Positions 7,036 to 15,830 of a stretch of DNA of 32,000 bases are shown here, in pieces. A program made the translations under genes and the position numbers. This DNA is from Acaryochloris marina MBIC11017 (lineage in GTDB: Bacteria; Cyanobacteriota; Cyanobacteriia; Thermosynechococcales; Thermosynechococcaceae). Below the pieces are notes generated by a model that saw nothing but the letters and a program-made list of their open reading frames with translations, was not told the DNA's origin and ran no database searches. Numbering within the stretch: the first letter of the stretch is position 1; each line of letters starts with the position of its first letter. The stretch lies in the NCBI RefSeq assembly GCF_000018105.1, contig NC_009925.1, forward strand, positions 6,390,001 through 6,422,000, read 5' to 3'.

Positions 7036-10000
7036 TTATAGTGCAGGATCTGAAAAAAGTTGTTGGGCATCTGCGATTAACTGATCTCCCCAGAGATTTT
7101 GCTTGAGGAATTCAACATCTCGCAATCTAGAATCTTTTGTGAGGGCAAATTTGGCTGAGGCTATTGCTTGTTGTTGTTGACCGCTGTGATACAGAGCAAT
7201 AGCTAGCGCAAGTTGTGGTTCTGCCAACTTGTCGTCTAGTTCCATGGCTCTTTTGAACTGAGCGATGGCTAGATTTCGTTCCTCTTGCTCGTAGTAAATG
7301 AGGCCCATATTAATGGTGGGTATAATTGCTTTTTCGTCCAGCTCAACAGCCTGCTTAAAATCTTTGAGTGCATGCTGAGCGTTGTTCGTTAATGCATATA
7401 AAATTCCCCGTTTGGTATAAGCAACAGGTTGTTTAGGATTTAGCTCAATATATTTGCTGGCATCTGATATTGCTTCTTCAAAACGTTGGAGCCTTCGATG
7501 AGTCTGGCTGCGCAGGTCGTAAGCTGGAGAAGCCTGGGGGTTGAGTTCAATGATGGTATTAAAGTCAGATAGGGCTTGCTCATAGCGTTTGGTTTCGAGA
7601 TAGATTGGACCTCGCCCCGCATAGGCCAGGATATTTTTGGAATTAATTTCAATCGCTTTACTAAAATCTCCTACTGCGCCCTCTAAACGCTGCCAATTTA
7701 AGAAATTTCTCCCTCGGGCTTCAAAAAGCTCTGATACATAGGGTGATCGAGGATTTGGGTGGAGGACTATGGCTTGGGAAAAGTCCGTTTTGGCTTGCTC
7801 ATATTGCTGTAATTCACTATGGACCCTAGCTCGACTGCTGTACAAAATGCTGGTTCTTAGACCATTTTGGGGGGCTAACTCAATGGCTTTGGAATAGTCC
7901 GAAATCGCTTCTGAGTAACGTTTCAGTGATTTGTTAATCCCAGCCCGCACTCGATATCCTTCACTATCTTTGGGTTCAGTTTTGAGAGCGGTTTGAAAAT
8001 CTGCTGTTGCTTCTGCTTCCCGTCCCATTTTTTGGTAAAGTTGCCCTCTACTCACGCGGTACTTAGGGTTTTGAGGGGCAATCTCTATCGCTTTAGTGTA
8101 GTCAGCGAGTGCTTTGTCATACTGCTTTAAATTGATGTAGCTGATTGCACGGATATTATGCAAATTGTCAGTTTTGGCCAGGGGAATTCCGTTCGGATTA
8201 TCAGAGTTAGATCGAAGCTCAATGGCCTGAGTGAAATCGGCAATGGCCTGTTCAAATTTCTCTAACTCAACGTGTAAATACCCACGGGCAGTATAGGCAA
8301 ACCCTTTTTTCTGCTGAATATATTGGTTGTCAACTGCTGTGGCTTGGGGATAATCTGCATTCTTTATCGCTTGATTAAAGTTTGCGATCGCAGCTTCATA
8401 TTGCTGCAGACTTTGATAAGCTTGCCCTCGACCTGTGTAACTCTGCACATCTCTTGGGGCGAGCTGTATCGCTTGTGAAAAGTCGGCAATAGCAGCTTTG
8501 GGCTGGTTTAAACCAGCGTAGGCTTCCCCTCGACCTTGAAAATAGGTCGGATTTTGAGGATCCAGTTCAATGGCTTTGGACCAATCTGCGATCGCATTTT
8601 CATACTGCTGCCTGAGTAGATAAATATTAGCTCGACTCGATAGGTGGCTAGGAAGATTAGGTTCCAGTTGGATGGCTTGAGTATGGGCTGCGATCGCATC
8701 TTCATATCGTTTTAGTCCAAAGTAAACATGCCCTTGTCCAGAATAATGAGTGGTATTTTCAGGATCGATGCTGATGCCTTTTTTGAATTGAGCCAAAGCC
8801 TGCTCAAACCGTCGCTCAGCAAGATAGAGTTGCCCCAAACCACTGTAAACATACGAGTCTTGTGGATCGAGCTGGATCGCTTGCTGATGATCGGCTAAGG
8901 CCGCATCATAACGTCGCAATAATTGATGAATAACTCCACGGTTGGTGTAGGCAATCGCTAGCCTAGGATCAAGCTCAAGAGCTTGATTAACCGTAGCCAG
9001 AGATGCTTCAAACTGATCCATCCACATAAGCACCACACCACGATTGATATAAAATGCCGCTCTAGGGGCCTGGGCAATTGCTGCATCAATGGTTGCCAGG
9101 GCTTCAGGGTAACGCCGTAAACGACCTAAAACCGTGTATTTTTCATTGAGTAGTTGTGCATCATTTGCCTTAATTTGGAGCCCCTTCTCAATCGCAACTA
9201 GGGCTTGTTTAGGTTGTTTGAGATTTCGGTAAACGACGCTTAGCAGTTGCCAACTTGGTTTATAGGTTGGTTTCAACTGAACCACTTTCTGCAACGCCGT
9301 TTCAGCTGCGGAATAGTCTTCCTGAGCACGATAAACTAACGCTTTACCATACCAAGCTAGATGTACAAACTCAGGATTAAATTGAATCGCTTGCTCAAAA
9401 GCTGCTAAGGCTTCAGCATGTTGTTCCAACCGCCACAGTTGATTACCCCGCTCGATCCAGACTTCTGGTTTAGCATTGCTAGTCGGGACTTGTGCTTTGA
9501 GAACCGAAGCTTGCCATTCTTCTTGTTGCAGAGATGATAGGGTTGCTGGCGCTGTAGTGTTGATCTGCAAAGCATTTAAGTCAACATTGAACTTCGGCAT
9601 CACCCCCAACACTGAACTCGTGGGAATGCCTAAGCTCCATCCCAATTGGATGTTTATATTTCCCGTCTCAGATTCGCCTTCAGCTAATCCATGAATACCG
9701 ATGACCTGGCCTTGGCGATCAAGGACAACACCCCCACTCATCCCCCCGTAGGTGATGCTGGAATACACCAATTCATAGCCACCCCAAAAACTGGCTTGAG
9801 GGATGGAAATGACGTTATCAGCTTGTTGCATCCGATAGCTAGCAACTTCTAGAAAGCCTCGGTTTTTATCAAAAACTTTGCCTCCATTAAACTGCCAACT
9901 CGCTTCTGATTGATTGACTTTTGGAAAACCAGCGACGAACACCTCATCATCGGTTTTCGGGTTGTAGTCACCAAAGGCGGCAATCTCAAAGTTAGCCTCA

Positions 10001-11088
10001 CTTTGGAACTTGAAAATGGCCAGATCGACCCCTTCCTGACGTCGAATGGTGTTGGCATTAATCGGATGAGTTTGCCCATCTGGTGTGACCACAGAATAGC
10101 GCTGAGCAAGGCAAGGAGGCGAACCATTGGCAGTTTCACAGACGACATGATTTGCAGTTAGAACGGTATAGGTTTGCCCTTGCCTGGCAATAATGACACC
10201 AGAACCATTCGAACCACTAGAGCTGTCAATGCGAACCGAAATGTTTTTGGCTTTGGCTTCTAGGTCTGCAACCCATCCCTGTGACCGGGCCATTTTCACT
10301 GTCGATGCCACTAAGGGTTGGGGTAGGCCATAGGCGGTAAGGATATTGGGCTGGATTTGAGCTAGTACGGTTTGTAGAGAGATACCCCAGTTGAGTTGTC
10401 GGAGTTGTTGGATGGTCTCAGGGTTGAGAGAAGTCCCATCAACGGTTTCGTAGTTATCTACCACCGGAGATACACTCTGACCGTTGATGCCTACAAGTTC
10501 TCCAGTGGTTGTTTCTATAATGGGTCCTCCACTCATTCCCTGCTTAACATCACCTGGGTATCCCAATTGATATCCCCCTTTCAAAGGCTGATCGAGGATC
10601 TGTTGCAATGGATGAGTGCTGATTTGGAACTGTTGTGAGTCAGCTGCATAGCCCGCACTAGCGAGGGATTGTCCTGGGCGGGGGGTAAAGTTGCCTAGCT
10701 CTGGCAAGGTATAGGACTGATTGCCCTCGAAGGAGACTAGGGCCAGATCATAGCCAGATGAGAAAGAGTTCTGAACGAGAGTGGCAGTATGGGTTTGACC
10801 ATCATAGGTCTGGATTTGAATGGTTTTTGCTCCTTGCAGGATGTGTTGATTCGTCAATACCAGATAGGTGTTGTTCTGCTTAGAGATAAGAGTGCCACTG
10901 CCCTGATTGTTGTTTGTCCTGATCCGAACCGTAATTTCTTGGGTATAGGTGGTGATGGCATCAACAGACTGTGCTTGGGCAAGATGAGTTGCAGGGAGGC
11001 TACCGTGGGTAGGTTGAGCACTTGCGGAAGTACAGAGTGTTGTGGACAAGACCAACAGAGAGAGTAAAGATAATGTCCTTTGCATCAT
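7036..11088 (-). CDS. secreted dual trypsin-like serine protease fused to a long TPR array (paralogue 1)
   Basis: 1350 aa with signal peptide MMQRTLSLLSLLVLSTTLCTSASA. Protease domain 1 (about aa 50-205): LTNQHIL / YDLALVSF / GMSGGPII, with Ser186 codon at 10531-10533. Protease domain 2 (about aa 283-470): LTANHVV / VDLAIFKF / GGMSGGVVLDRQGQVIGIHG. From about aa 545 to the C-terminus there are roughly 23 34-aa TPR units (A..F..AI.L.P....AY..RG pattern). Confidence 0.9.
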   Translation of the reverse strand: MMQRTLSLLSLLVLSTTLCTSASAQPTHGSLPATHLAQAQSVDAITTYTQEITVRIRTNNNQGSGTLISKQNNTYLVLTNQHILQGAKTIQIQTYDGQTHTATLVQNSFSSGYDLALVSFEGNQSYTLPELGNFTPRPGQSLASAGYAADSQQFQISTHPLQQILDQPLKGGYQLGYPGDVKQGMSGGPIIETTTGELVGINGQSVSPVVDNYETVDGTSLNPETIQQLRQLNWGISLQTVLAQIQPNILTAYGLPQPLVASTVKMARSQGWVADLEAKAKNISVRIDSSSGSNGSGVIIARQGQTYTVLTANHVVCETANGSPPCLAQRYSVVTPDGQTHPINANTIRRQEGVDLAIFKFQSEANFEIAAFGDYNPKTDDEVFVAGFPKVNQSEASWQFNGGKVFDKNRGFLEVASYRMQQADNVISIPQASFWGGYELVYSSITYGGMSGGVVLDRQGQVIGIHGLAEGESETGNINIQLGWSLGIPTSSVLGVMPKFNVDLNALQINTTAPATLSSLQQEEWQASVLKAQVPTSNAKPEVWIERGNQLWRLEQHAEALAAFEQAIQFNPEFVHLAWYGKALVYRAQEDYSAAETALQKVVQLKPTYKPSWQLLSVVYRNLKQPKQALVAIEKGLQIKANDAQLLNEKYTVLGRLRRYPEALATIDAAIAQAPRAAFYINRGVVLMWMDQFEASLATVNQALELDPRLAIAYTNRGVIHQLLRRYDAALADHQQAIQLDPQDSYVYSGLGQLYLAERRFEQALAQFKKGISIDPENTTHYSGQGHVYFGLKRYEDAIAAHTQAIQLEPNLPSHLSSRANIYLLRQQYENAIADWSKAIELDPQNPTYFQGRGEAYAGLNQPKAAIADFSQAIQLAPRDVQSYTGRGQAYQSLQQYEAAIANFNQAIKNADYPQATAVDNQYIQQKKGFAYTARGYLHVELEKFEQAIADFTQAIELRSNSDNPNGIPLAKTDNLHNIRAISYINLKQYDKALADYTKAIEIAPQNPKYRVSRGQLYQKMGREAEATADFQTALKTEPKDSEGYRVRAGINKSLKRYSEAISDYSKAIELAPQNGLRTSILYSSRARVHSELQQYEQAKTDFSQAIVLHPNPRSPYVSELFEARGRNFLNWQRLEGAVGDFSKAIEINSKNILAYAGRGPIYLETKRYEQALSDFNTIIELNPQASPAYDLRSQTHRRLQRFEEAISDASKYIELNPKQPVAYTKRGILYALTNNAQHALKDFKQAVELDEKAIIPTINMGLIYYEQEERNLAIAQFKRAMELDDKLAEPQLALAIALYHSGQQQQAIASAKFALTKDSRLRDVEFLKQNLWGDQLIADAQQLFSDPAL
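8384..8391. repeat. HIP1 palindrome
   Basis: Exact GCGATCGC within TPR coding sequence. Confidence 0.95.
8588..8595. repeat. HIP1 palindrome
   Basis: Exact GCGATCGC within TPR coding sequence. Confidence 0.95.
8690..8697. repeat. HIP1 palindrome
   Basis: Exact GCGATCGC in the context GCGATCGCATCTT (codes ..DAIA.. on the minus strand). Confidence 0.95.
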
Positions 11089-11247
11089 GGTTTTAAATTA
11101 CTTTCTAAAAGAATAGTTGAGATGATTGAGGCATAATCCCTTTGTTCTACATCGTGGTGATTTAGACGTAATATGCACCTTGCCCTCAACTGCTATCGGC
11201 CTTTACCTGTCCAGAACTAGTGGAAATTCTACCCCTATAGATGTTGA

Positions 11248-11281
11248 GTGGTTGTTAGTCGTCTTTTGACTCTTCAACCAC
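11248..11281 (-). terminator. stem-loop downstream of paralogue 2 (possible terminator or processing site)
   Basis: GTGGTTG (11248-11254) pairs with CAACCAC (11275-11281), and there is an inner AGTC/GACT stem. It starts about 20 nt after the TAA at 11304-11306 on the minus strand. There is no U-tract, so the call is weak. Confidence 0.2.
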
Positions 11282-11303
11282 CATCTATGCTCATGAATAT
11301 GGA

Positions 11304-14300
11304 TTACGGGGCCTGAAAGGCTGGCTCTGTCAGAAGTTTTTTTACATCTACAATCAAGCGTTCTCCCCAGAGATTTTGCTTGAGAAATGCGACTTCTTGA
11401 AATTTGGGATCTAGCTTGAGGGCAGATTGGGCTAGGGCAATCGCTTGTTTTTGCTGACCCCCGTGATAGAGCGCAGTAGCCAGGGCAAGCTGGGGTTCAG
11501 CTAGAGAACCATCAAGCTCAATTGCACGCTGGAATTGGGCAATCGCTTGCTTCCGATTCCCTTGCTCGTAATAAATTAGGCCCAAGTTGACGGTAGGGAT
11601 AATGGCTTTGGGGTTGAGGGTGATAGCCTGCTGAAAGTCATTCAACGCGAGGGATGGATTGGCCCCTAAGACATGTAAAATGCCTCTACGGGTATAGCTG
11701 GCTGCATTGGCCTGGCGTTCAATCCATTGATCTGCATCTGCGATCGCATCTTCTATACGATTCAACGCCTGATAAGTTCTACTGCGAAAGTCATAGACAA
11801 ACCCTAGCTTTGGATTGAGTTTAATCACGGTACTGAAGTCGGCCAAGGCGTCCTGATATTTCTGGGTTCCCAAGGATAGACGACCTCTACCGACATAGGC
11901 CATCACATTTTTGGGGCTTATGCCAATGGCTTGGTTAAAATCAGCCAAAGCATCATCTTGGCGCTGCCAACTTAAAAAGTTGTTACCCCGAGCAATGTAT
12001 AGGTCCGCCGCAAAGGGAACGGTGGGATTGGGAAGGAGGGCAAGTGCTTTTGAATAATCTAAATTGGCCTGTTCATATTGCTGCAAATTGCCATGCATTT
12101 GGGCGCGGCTACTATGTAACAGACTTCGTTGGAATGGGTTTTGGGGGGCTAACTCAATGGCCTTGGTATAGTCAGCCAGGGCTTCTGGATACCGTTTTAA
12201 TGATTTATAGACATCTGCTCGGACACCATACCCCTGACTGTCCGATGGTTCAGTCGTCAGAACCTTTTGAAAATCTGCATTAGCTTCAGTTTCCTGGCCT
12301 AATGTGCGGTAAATCTTGCCTCTTCTGATATAGGTGGATAGATCCTTGGGGGCAATTTCAATGGCTTGGGTATAGTCTGCGATGGCCTCTTGATATCGGT
12401 TTAAGGCCGTGTAATTCAGGGCGCGGGCGCGATAGAGATAGGTGACTTTAGGGGATAGTTCGATAGCTTGGGAAAAATCGGCAATGGCCTGTTCCAGCTT
12501 GCCAAGGTCGCTGTAAAGAAAACCCCGAGCGGAGTAGGCCAACCCCTTATACTTTTTATCTGTCTCTAATTTTTGGGGGAAATCAGCAACTTCAATGGCT
12601 TTGTCAAACTGTGCGATCGCACGTTGATACTGCCGCGCCCTTTGATACACCGTCCCCAGACCGATATAAGCCCGAGTATTATTTTTGTCCACCTCAATAG
12701 CTTGGGAGTAGTCGGCAAGGGCTGCTTCTGGCTGGTTCAAGGCGTCATAGGCATCACCTCGGTTGTTGAAATAAATTGGATCGGGCGGAGCCAGCCGGAT
12801 GGCTTTGGTTAAATCTGCGATCGCATCTTGGTATTGCTGAGTCGTGATATAAACGTTAGCCCGACTGAAGTAGTCATTGGCACTGTCTGGCTCTAGCTCA
12901 ATGGCTTTGGTATGGGCTGCGATCGCATCTTGATATTGTTTTTGGGCAAAATAGACAAATCCTTGGCCCGAATAATTGATGGGATTTTTGGGGTCGATGG
13001 CAATCCCTTGGTTGAATTGAGCCAGAGCTTCCTGATAACGGCCTTGGGAGTGATAAAGCATTCCTAAGCCGCCATAGGCAGAGATATATTGCGAGTCCAG
13101 GGCGATGGCCTTTTTAAGATCTGCAATCGCTTCCTTCGGACGTTTCAGAAAAGAGTACGTCACCCCTCTGTTCGTATAGGCAATGGCCATATTGGGGTCG
13201 ATTTCGATGGCCTGGTTAAGGGCAGTCAAGGTCTCTTCGTATCGATCCATCTTGATTAGCACCCAGCCGCGATTGATATAAAAAGCAGCCCGAGGAGCCT
13301 GGGCGATCGCGGCATCTATGGCTGCAAGGGCTTCTGAGTACCGATACAGTTCTGATAGAACAACATACTTCTCATTTAGTAACTGGGCATCCGTTGGTGC
13401 AATTTTTAATCCTGAATTGACGGCAGTTAAAGCCTGTTCTGGTTTCTTCTGGAGGCGATAGGCCGCACTCAGTACTTTCCATCCGGGCTTATAGTTTGGC
13501 TTGAGATTAAGAACTTTGAGTAAAGCCGTTTCAGCCGCAGGAAAGTTTTCCTGAGACCGATACACAAGTGCTTTGCCATACCAAGCCAAATGCACAAAAG
13601 AGGGATTCAATTGAATCGCCCGATCAAACGCAGCCAGGGCTTCCGCATATTGTTCCAGCCGCCAAAGCTGATTACCACGCTCGATCCAGACCTCTGCTTT
13701 AGCGTTACCTGTTGGTACATCCACCTGCAAAACCGAGGCTTGCCACTGAGCTTGTTGGCCCGCCGACAGGGGCGTTGGTGCAGTGGAACTGACCTGAAGG
13801 AGTTCCGGTGAGAGGTTGAACTTAGGCAGGGTTCCCAAAACCGAACTGGTGGGAATGCCTAAACTTAGCCCCAACTGAATCTTTAAATTCCCGGTTTCTG
13901 ATTCCCCTTCTGCCAGACCATGAATGCCAATCACCTGGCCCTGACGATCCAGAACGACTCCTCCACTCATCCCCCCATAGGTAATGCTGGTATAGACCAA
14001 TTCATACCCCCCTCCAAAGTTGGCTTGGGGAAGGGCAAAAACGGCATCATTTTGGCGGACGCTATAGCTGTTGACGCTGAGAAATCCATCGGTTTTATCG
14101 AATACTTTGCCACCGTTGAACTGCCAACGGGCTTCGGATTGATTCACTTTGGGAAAGCCAGCCACAAACACTTCATCATCTTTTCTGGGGTTGTAATCTC
14201 CAAAGGTGGCTAACGCATAATCCGCATCGCTCGTAAACGTAAAGATCGCGAGATCGACCCCCTCTTGGCGCTGAACGGTTTGCGGATCGACTTTAAAGAT

Positions 14301-15344
14301 CTGTCCATCTGGGGCAACAACGGCATACTGTTGCAGGGGACAAGGCGGTTTGCCATTGGGCGTTGCGCAGAGCACATGGTTGGCGGTTAGTACGGTGTAG
14401 GTCTTGTCTTGCTTGGCAATGAGTACTCCCGAGCCGTTGGCCCCAGTCGAGCTGTTGATCTGTAGGGTGAACGTTTTCGCTCTAGCTTCCAGATCTGCGA
14501 CCCATCCTTGAGCCTGAGCCGTTTTTACTGTAGAGGCCACCAGGGGTTGGGGTAAACCATAGGTTGCCAGTAGGTTTGGCTGAATTTGGGCCAGGACCGT
14601 TTGCAGGGGAATTCCCCAGTTCTGTTGGCGTAGGGTCTGAACCGTTTCAGGGGGAATGGCTTGACCGTCTAAGGTCTTGTAGTCATCCACGAGAGGGAAG
14701 GCACTCTGACCATTGATGCCGATCAGTTCCCCTGTGGTGGTTTCTATGATCGGCCCGCCACTCATGCCCTGTTGGATGTCTCCTGGATATCCCAGTTGAT
14801 ATCCCCCTTGAAGGGGCTGGTCAAGAATCAGTTGTACTTGATTGGGTCTGACTTGGAACTGTTGGGAGTCTGCTGCATAGCCTGCACTAATAACCGATTG
14901 ACCTTTGCGAGGGGTAAAGTTGCCTAGCTCAGGTAGCGTATAGGATTGGTTACTGACAAAGGTGACGAGTGCCAGGTCATATTTAGCGGGGAAAGGATTC
15001 TCTACCGCCTTAGCTGTATAGATTTGACCATCATGGGTTTGAATGTTTAGAGACTCTGCTCCGCGCAGAATATGGGCGTTGGTCAGCACTAGGTATTCAT
15101 TATCCTGCTTGGTGATTAGGGTTCCGCTCCCTTGATTGTTGTGGGTCTGAATCCGAACCGTAATTTCTTGAGCATAGGCGTTTACAGTGTTATCTGGATT
15201 GGCCTGGGCAATGGGAGCAACAATCGATGAATTAGGTGTTGAAGGGAGAGTTGCACTGATGGCTGGACGGAAGGCTGTCGATAAAATCAACAGGGGTAAC
15301 AAATCCACAAGAAAAGGTAAAACGGGTAGAAAACGTCGCAACAT
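11304..15344 (-). CDS. secreted dual trypsin-like serine protease fused to a long TPR array (paralogue 2)
   Basis: Same architecture as 7036-11088. By eye it is about 70-75% identical in the protease half and lower in the TPR half. Triads: LTNAHIL / YDLALVTF / GMSGGPII and LTANHVL / VDLAIFTF / GGMSGGVVLD. The tracked ORF starts at GTG 15362. ATG at 15344 (MLRRFLPVLPFLVDLLPLLILSTAFRPAISA) gives a more canonical signal peptide. Confidence 0.9.
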   Translation of the reverse strand: MLRRFLPVLPFLVDLLPLLILSTAFRPAISATLPSTPNSSIVAPIAQANPDNTVNAYAQEITVRIQTHNNQGSGTLITKQDNEYLVLTNAHILRGAESLNIQTHDGQIYTAKAVENPFPAKYDLALVTFVSNQSYTLPELGNFTPRKGQSVISAGYAADSQQFQVRPNQVQLILDQPLQGGYQLGYPGDIQQGMSGGPIIETTTGELIGINGQSAFPLVDDYKTLDGQAIPPETVQTLRQQNWGIPLQTVLAQIQPNLLATYGLPQPLVASTVKTAQAQGWVADLEARAKTFTLQINSSTGANGSGVLIAKQDKTYTVLTANHVLCATPNGKPPCPLQQYAVVAPDGQIFKVDPQTVQRQEGVDLAIFTFTSDADYALATFGDYNPRKDDEVFVAGFPKVNQSEARWQFNGGKVFDKTDGFLSVNSYSVRQNDAVFALPQANFGGGYELVYTSITYGGMSGGVVLDRQGQVIGIHGLAEGESETGNLKIQLGLSLGIPTSSVLGTLPKFNLSPELLQVSSTAPTPLSAGQQAQWQASVLQVDVPTGNAKAEVWIERGNQLWRLEQYAEALAAFDRAIQLNPSFVHLAWYGKALVYRSQENFPAAETALLKVLNLKPNYKPGWKVLSAAYRLQKKPEQALTAVNSGLKIAPTDAQLLNEKYVVLSELYRYSEALAAIDAAIAQAPRAAFYINRGWVLIKMDRYEETLTALNQAIEIDPNMAIAYTNRGVTYSFLKRPKEAIADLKKAIALDSQYISAYGGLGMLYHSQGRYQEALAQFNQGIAIDPKNPINYSGQGFVYFAQKQYQDAIAAHTKAIELEPDSANDYFSRANVYITTQQYQDAIADLTKAIRLAPPDPIYFNNRGDAYDALNQPEAALADYSQAIEVDKNNTRAYIGLGTVYQRARQYQRAIAQFDKAIEVADFPQKLETDKKYKGLAYSARGFLYSDLGKLEQAIADFSQAIELSPKVTYLYRARALNYTALNRYQEAIADYTQAIEIAPKDLSTYIRRGKIYRTLGQETEANADFQKVLTTEPSDSQGYGVRADVYKSLKRYPEALADYTKAIELAPQNPFQRSLLHSSRAQMHGNLQQYEQANLDYSKALALLPNPTVPFAADLYIARGNNFLSWQRQDDALADFNQAIGISPKNVMAYVGRGRLSLGTQKYQDALADFSTVIKLNPKLGFVYDFRSRTYQALNRIEDAIADADQWIERQANAASYTRRGILHVLGANPSLALNDFQQAITLNPKAIIPTVNLGLIYYEQGNRKQAIAQFQRAIELDGSLAEPQLALATALYHGGQQKQAIALAQSALKLDPKFQEVAFLKQNLWGERLIVDVKKLLTEPAFQAP
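11740..11747. repeat. HIP1 palindrome
   Basis: Exact GCGATCGC in the context GCGATCGCATCTT. Confidence 0.95.
12613..12620. repeat. HIP1 palindrome
   Basis: Exact GCGATCGC. Confidence 0.95.
12817..12824. repeat. HIP1 palindrome
   Basis: Exact GCGATCGC in the context GCGATCGCATCTT. Confidence 0.95.
12919..12926. repeat. HIP1 palindrome
   Basis: Exact GCGATCGC in the context GCGATCGCATCTT. Confidence 0.95.
13303..13310. repeat. HIP1 palindrome
   Basis: Exact GCGATCGC. Confidence 0.95.
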
Positions 15345-15830
15345 AGACTTTGGATGACTCACCGTAACAATGGTAAAGATAAACGTGACCTAGAGATTTA
15401 GATGTATATCGTTGACGAGGCTTTCCATATGCAACGTCTCAGTAAATTGCCGAGACTTTAAATTGATGCAGCAGATTTTTTGGCCGACTCTACTCCTTTG
15501 AGCGGCCTCATCACATGGTCATAGCTTTCAGTCCGATTACCTTTGAGATAGAGATCTGCTGCTGTCTTTAAATCAGATCGGTATGACTTTGTATGGTGAA
15601 TTTGTTTGCACTCACCAACAGATCAAGGTAGATGACCCAGAACGTTCCTTCATTGGATGGATGCATCAAGGAAATGACAGCAAGTTCAAAAGTGGTTTAT
15701 AGAAGTTGAGTGCTTATTCATTCCATCGTATAAGCTATGAAAAACTGGTGGAGAGAATGGCTAGGAGTCACTCTCTCGAAGAGATTTTGACGTGCCATCA
15801 TGGAGATTAGAGTCATTCTTTGATCCAAGT

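Noticed and set aside
6867-7070. Long 5' extensions of tracked ORFs: 5739-7070, 22119-22862, 25391-26572, 15792, 17888, 15362 and 29213.
   Set aside because: The extensions overlap the preceding gene or add non-signal-like residues ahead of an obvious internal ATG. Those internal ATGs begin a signal peptide or a conserved N-terminus, or have a better RBS or ATGA coupling. I preferred the internal starts, but they remain unverified.
7036-15362. Periodic repeats in the giant genes as a possible CRISPR or tandem-DNA repeat array.
   Set aside because: The periodicity is the 34-aa (102-nt) TPR unit at the protein level. The units are divergent at the DNA level, and there are no identical direct repeats with unique spacers. 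No cas genes are present.
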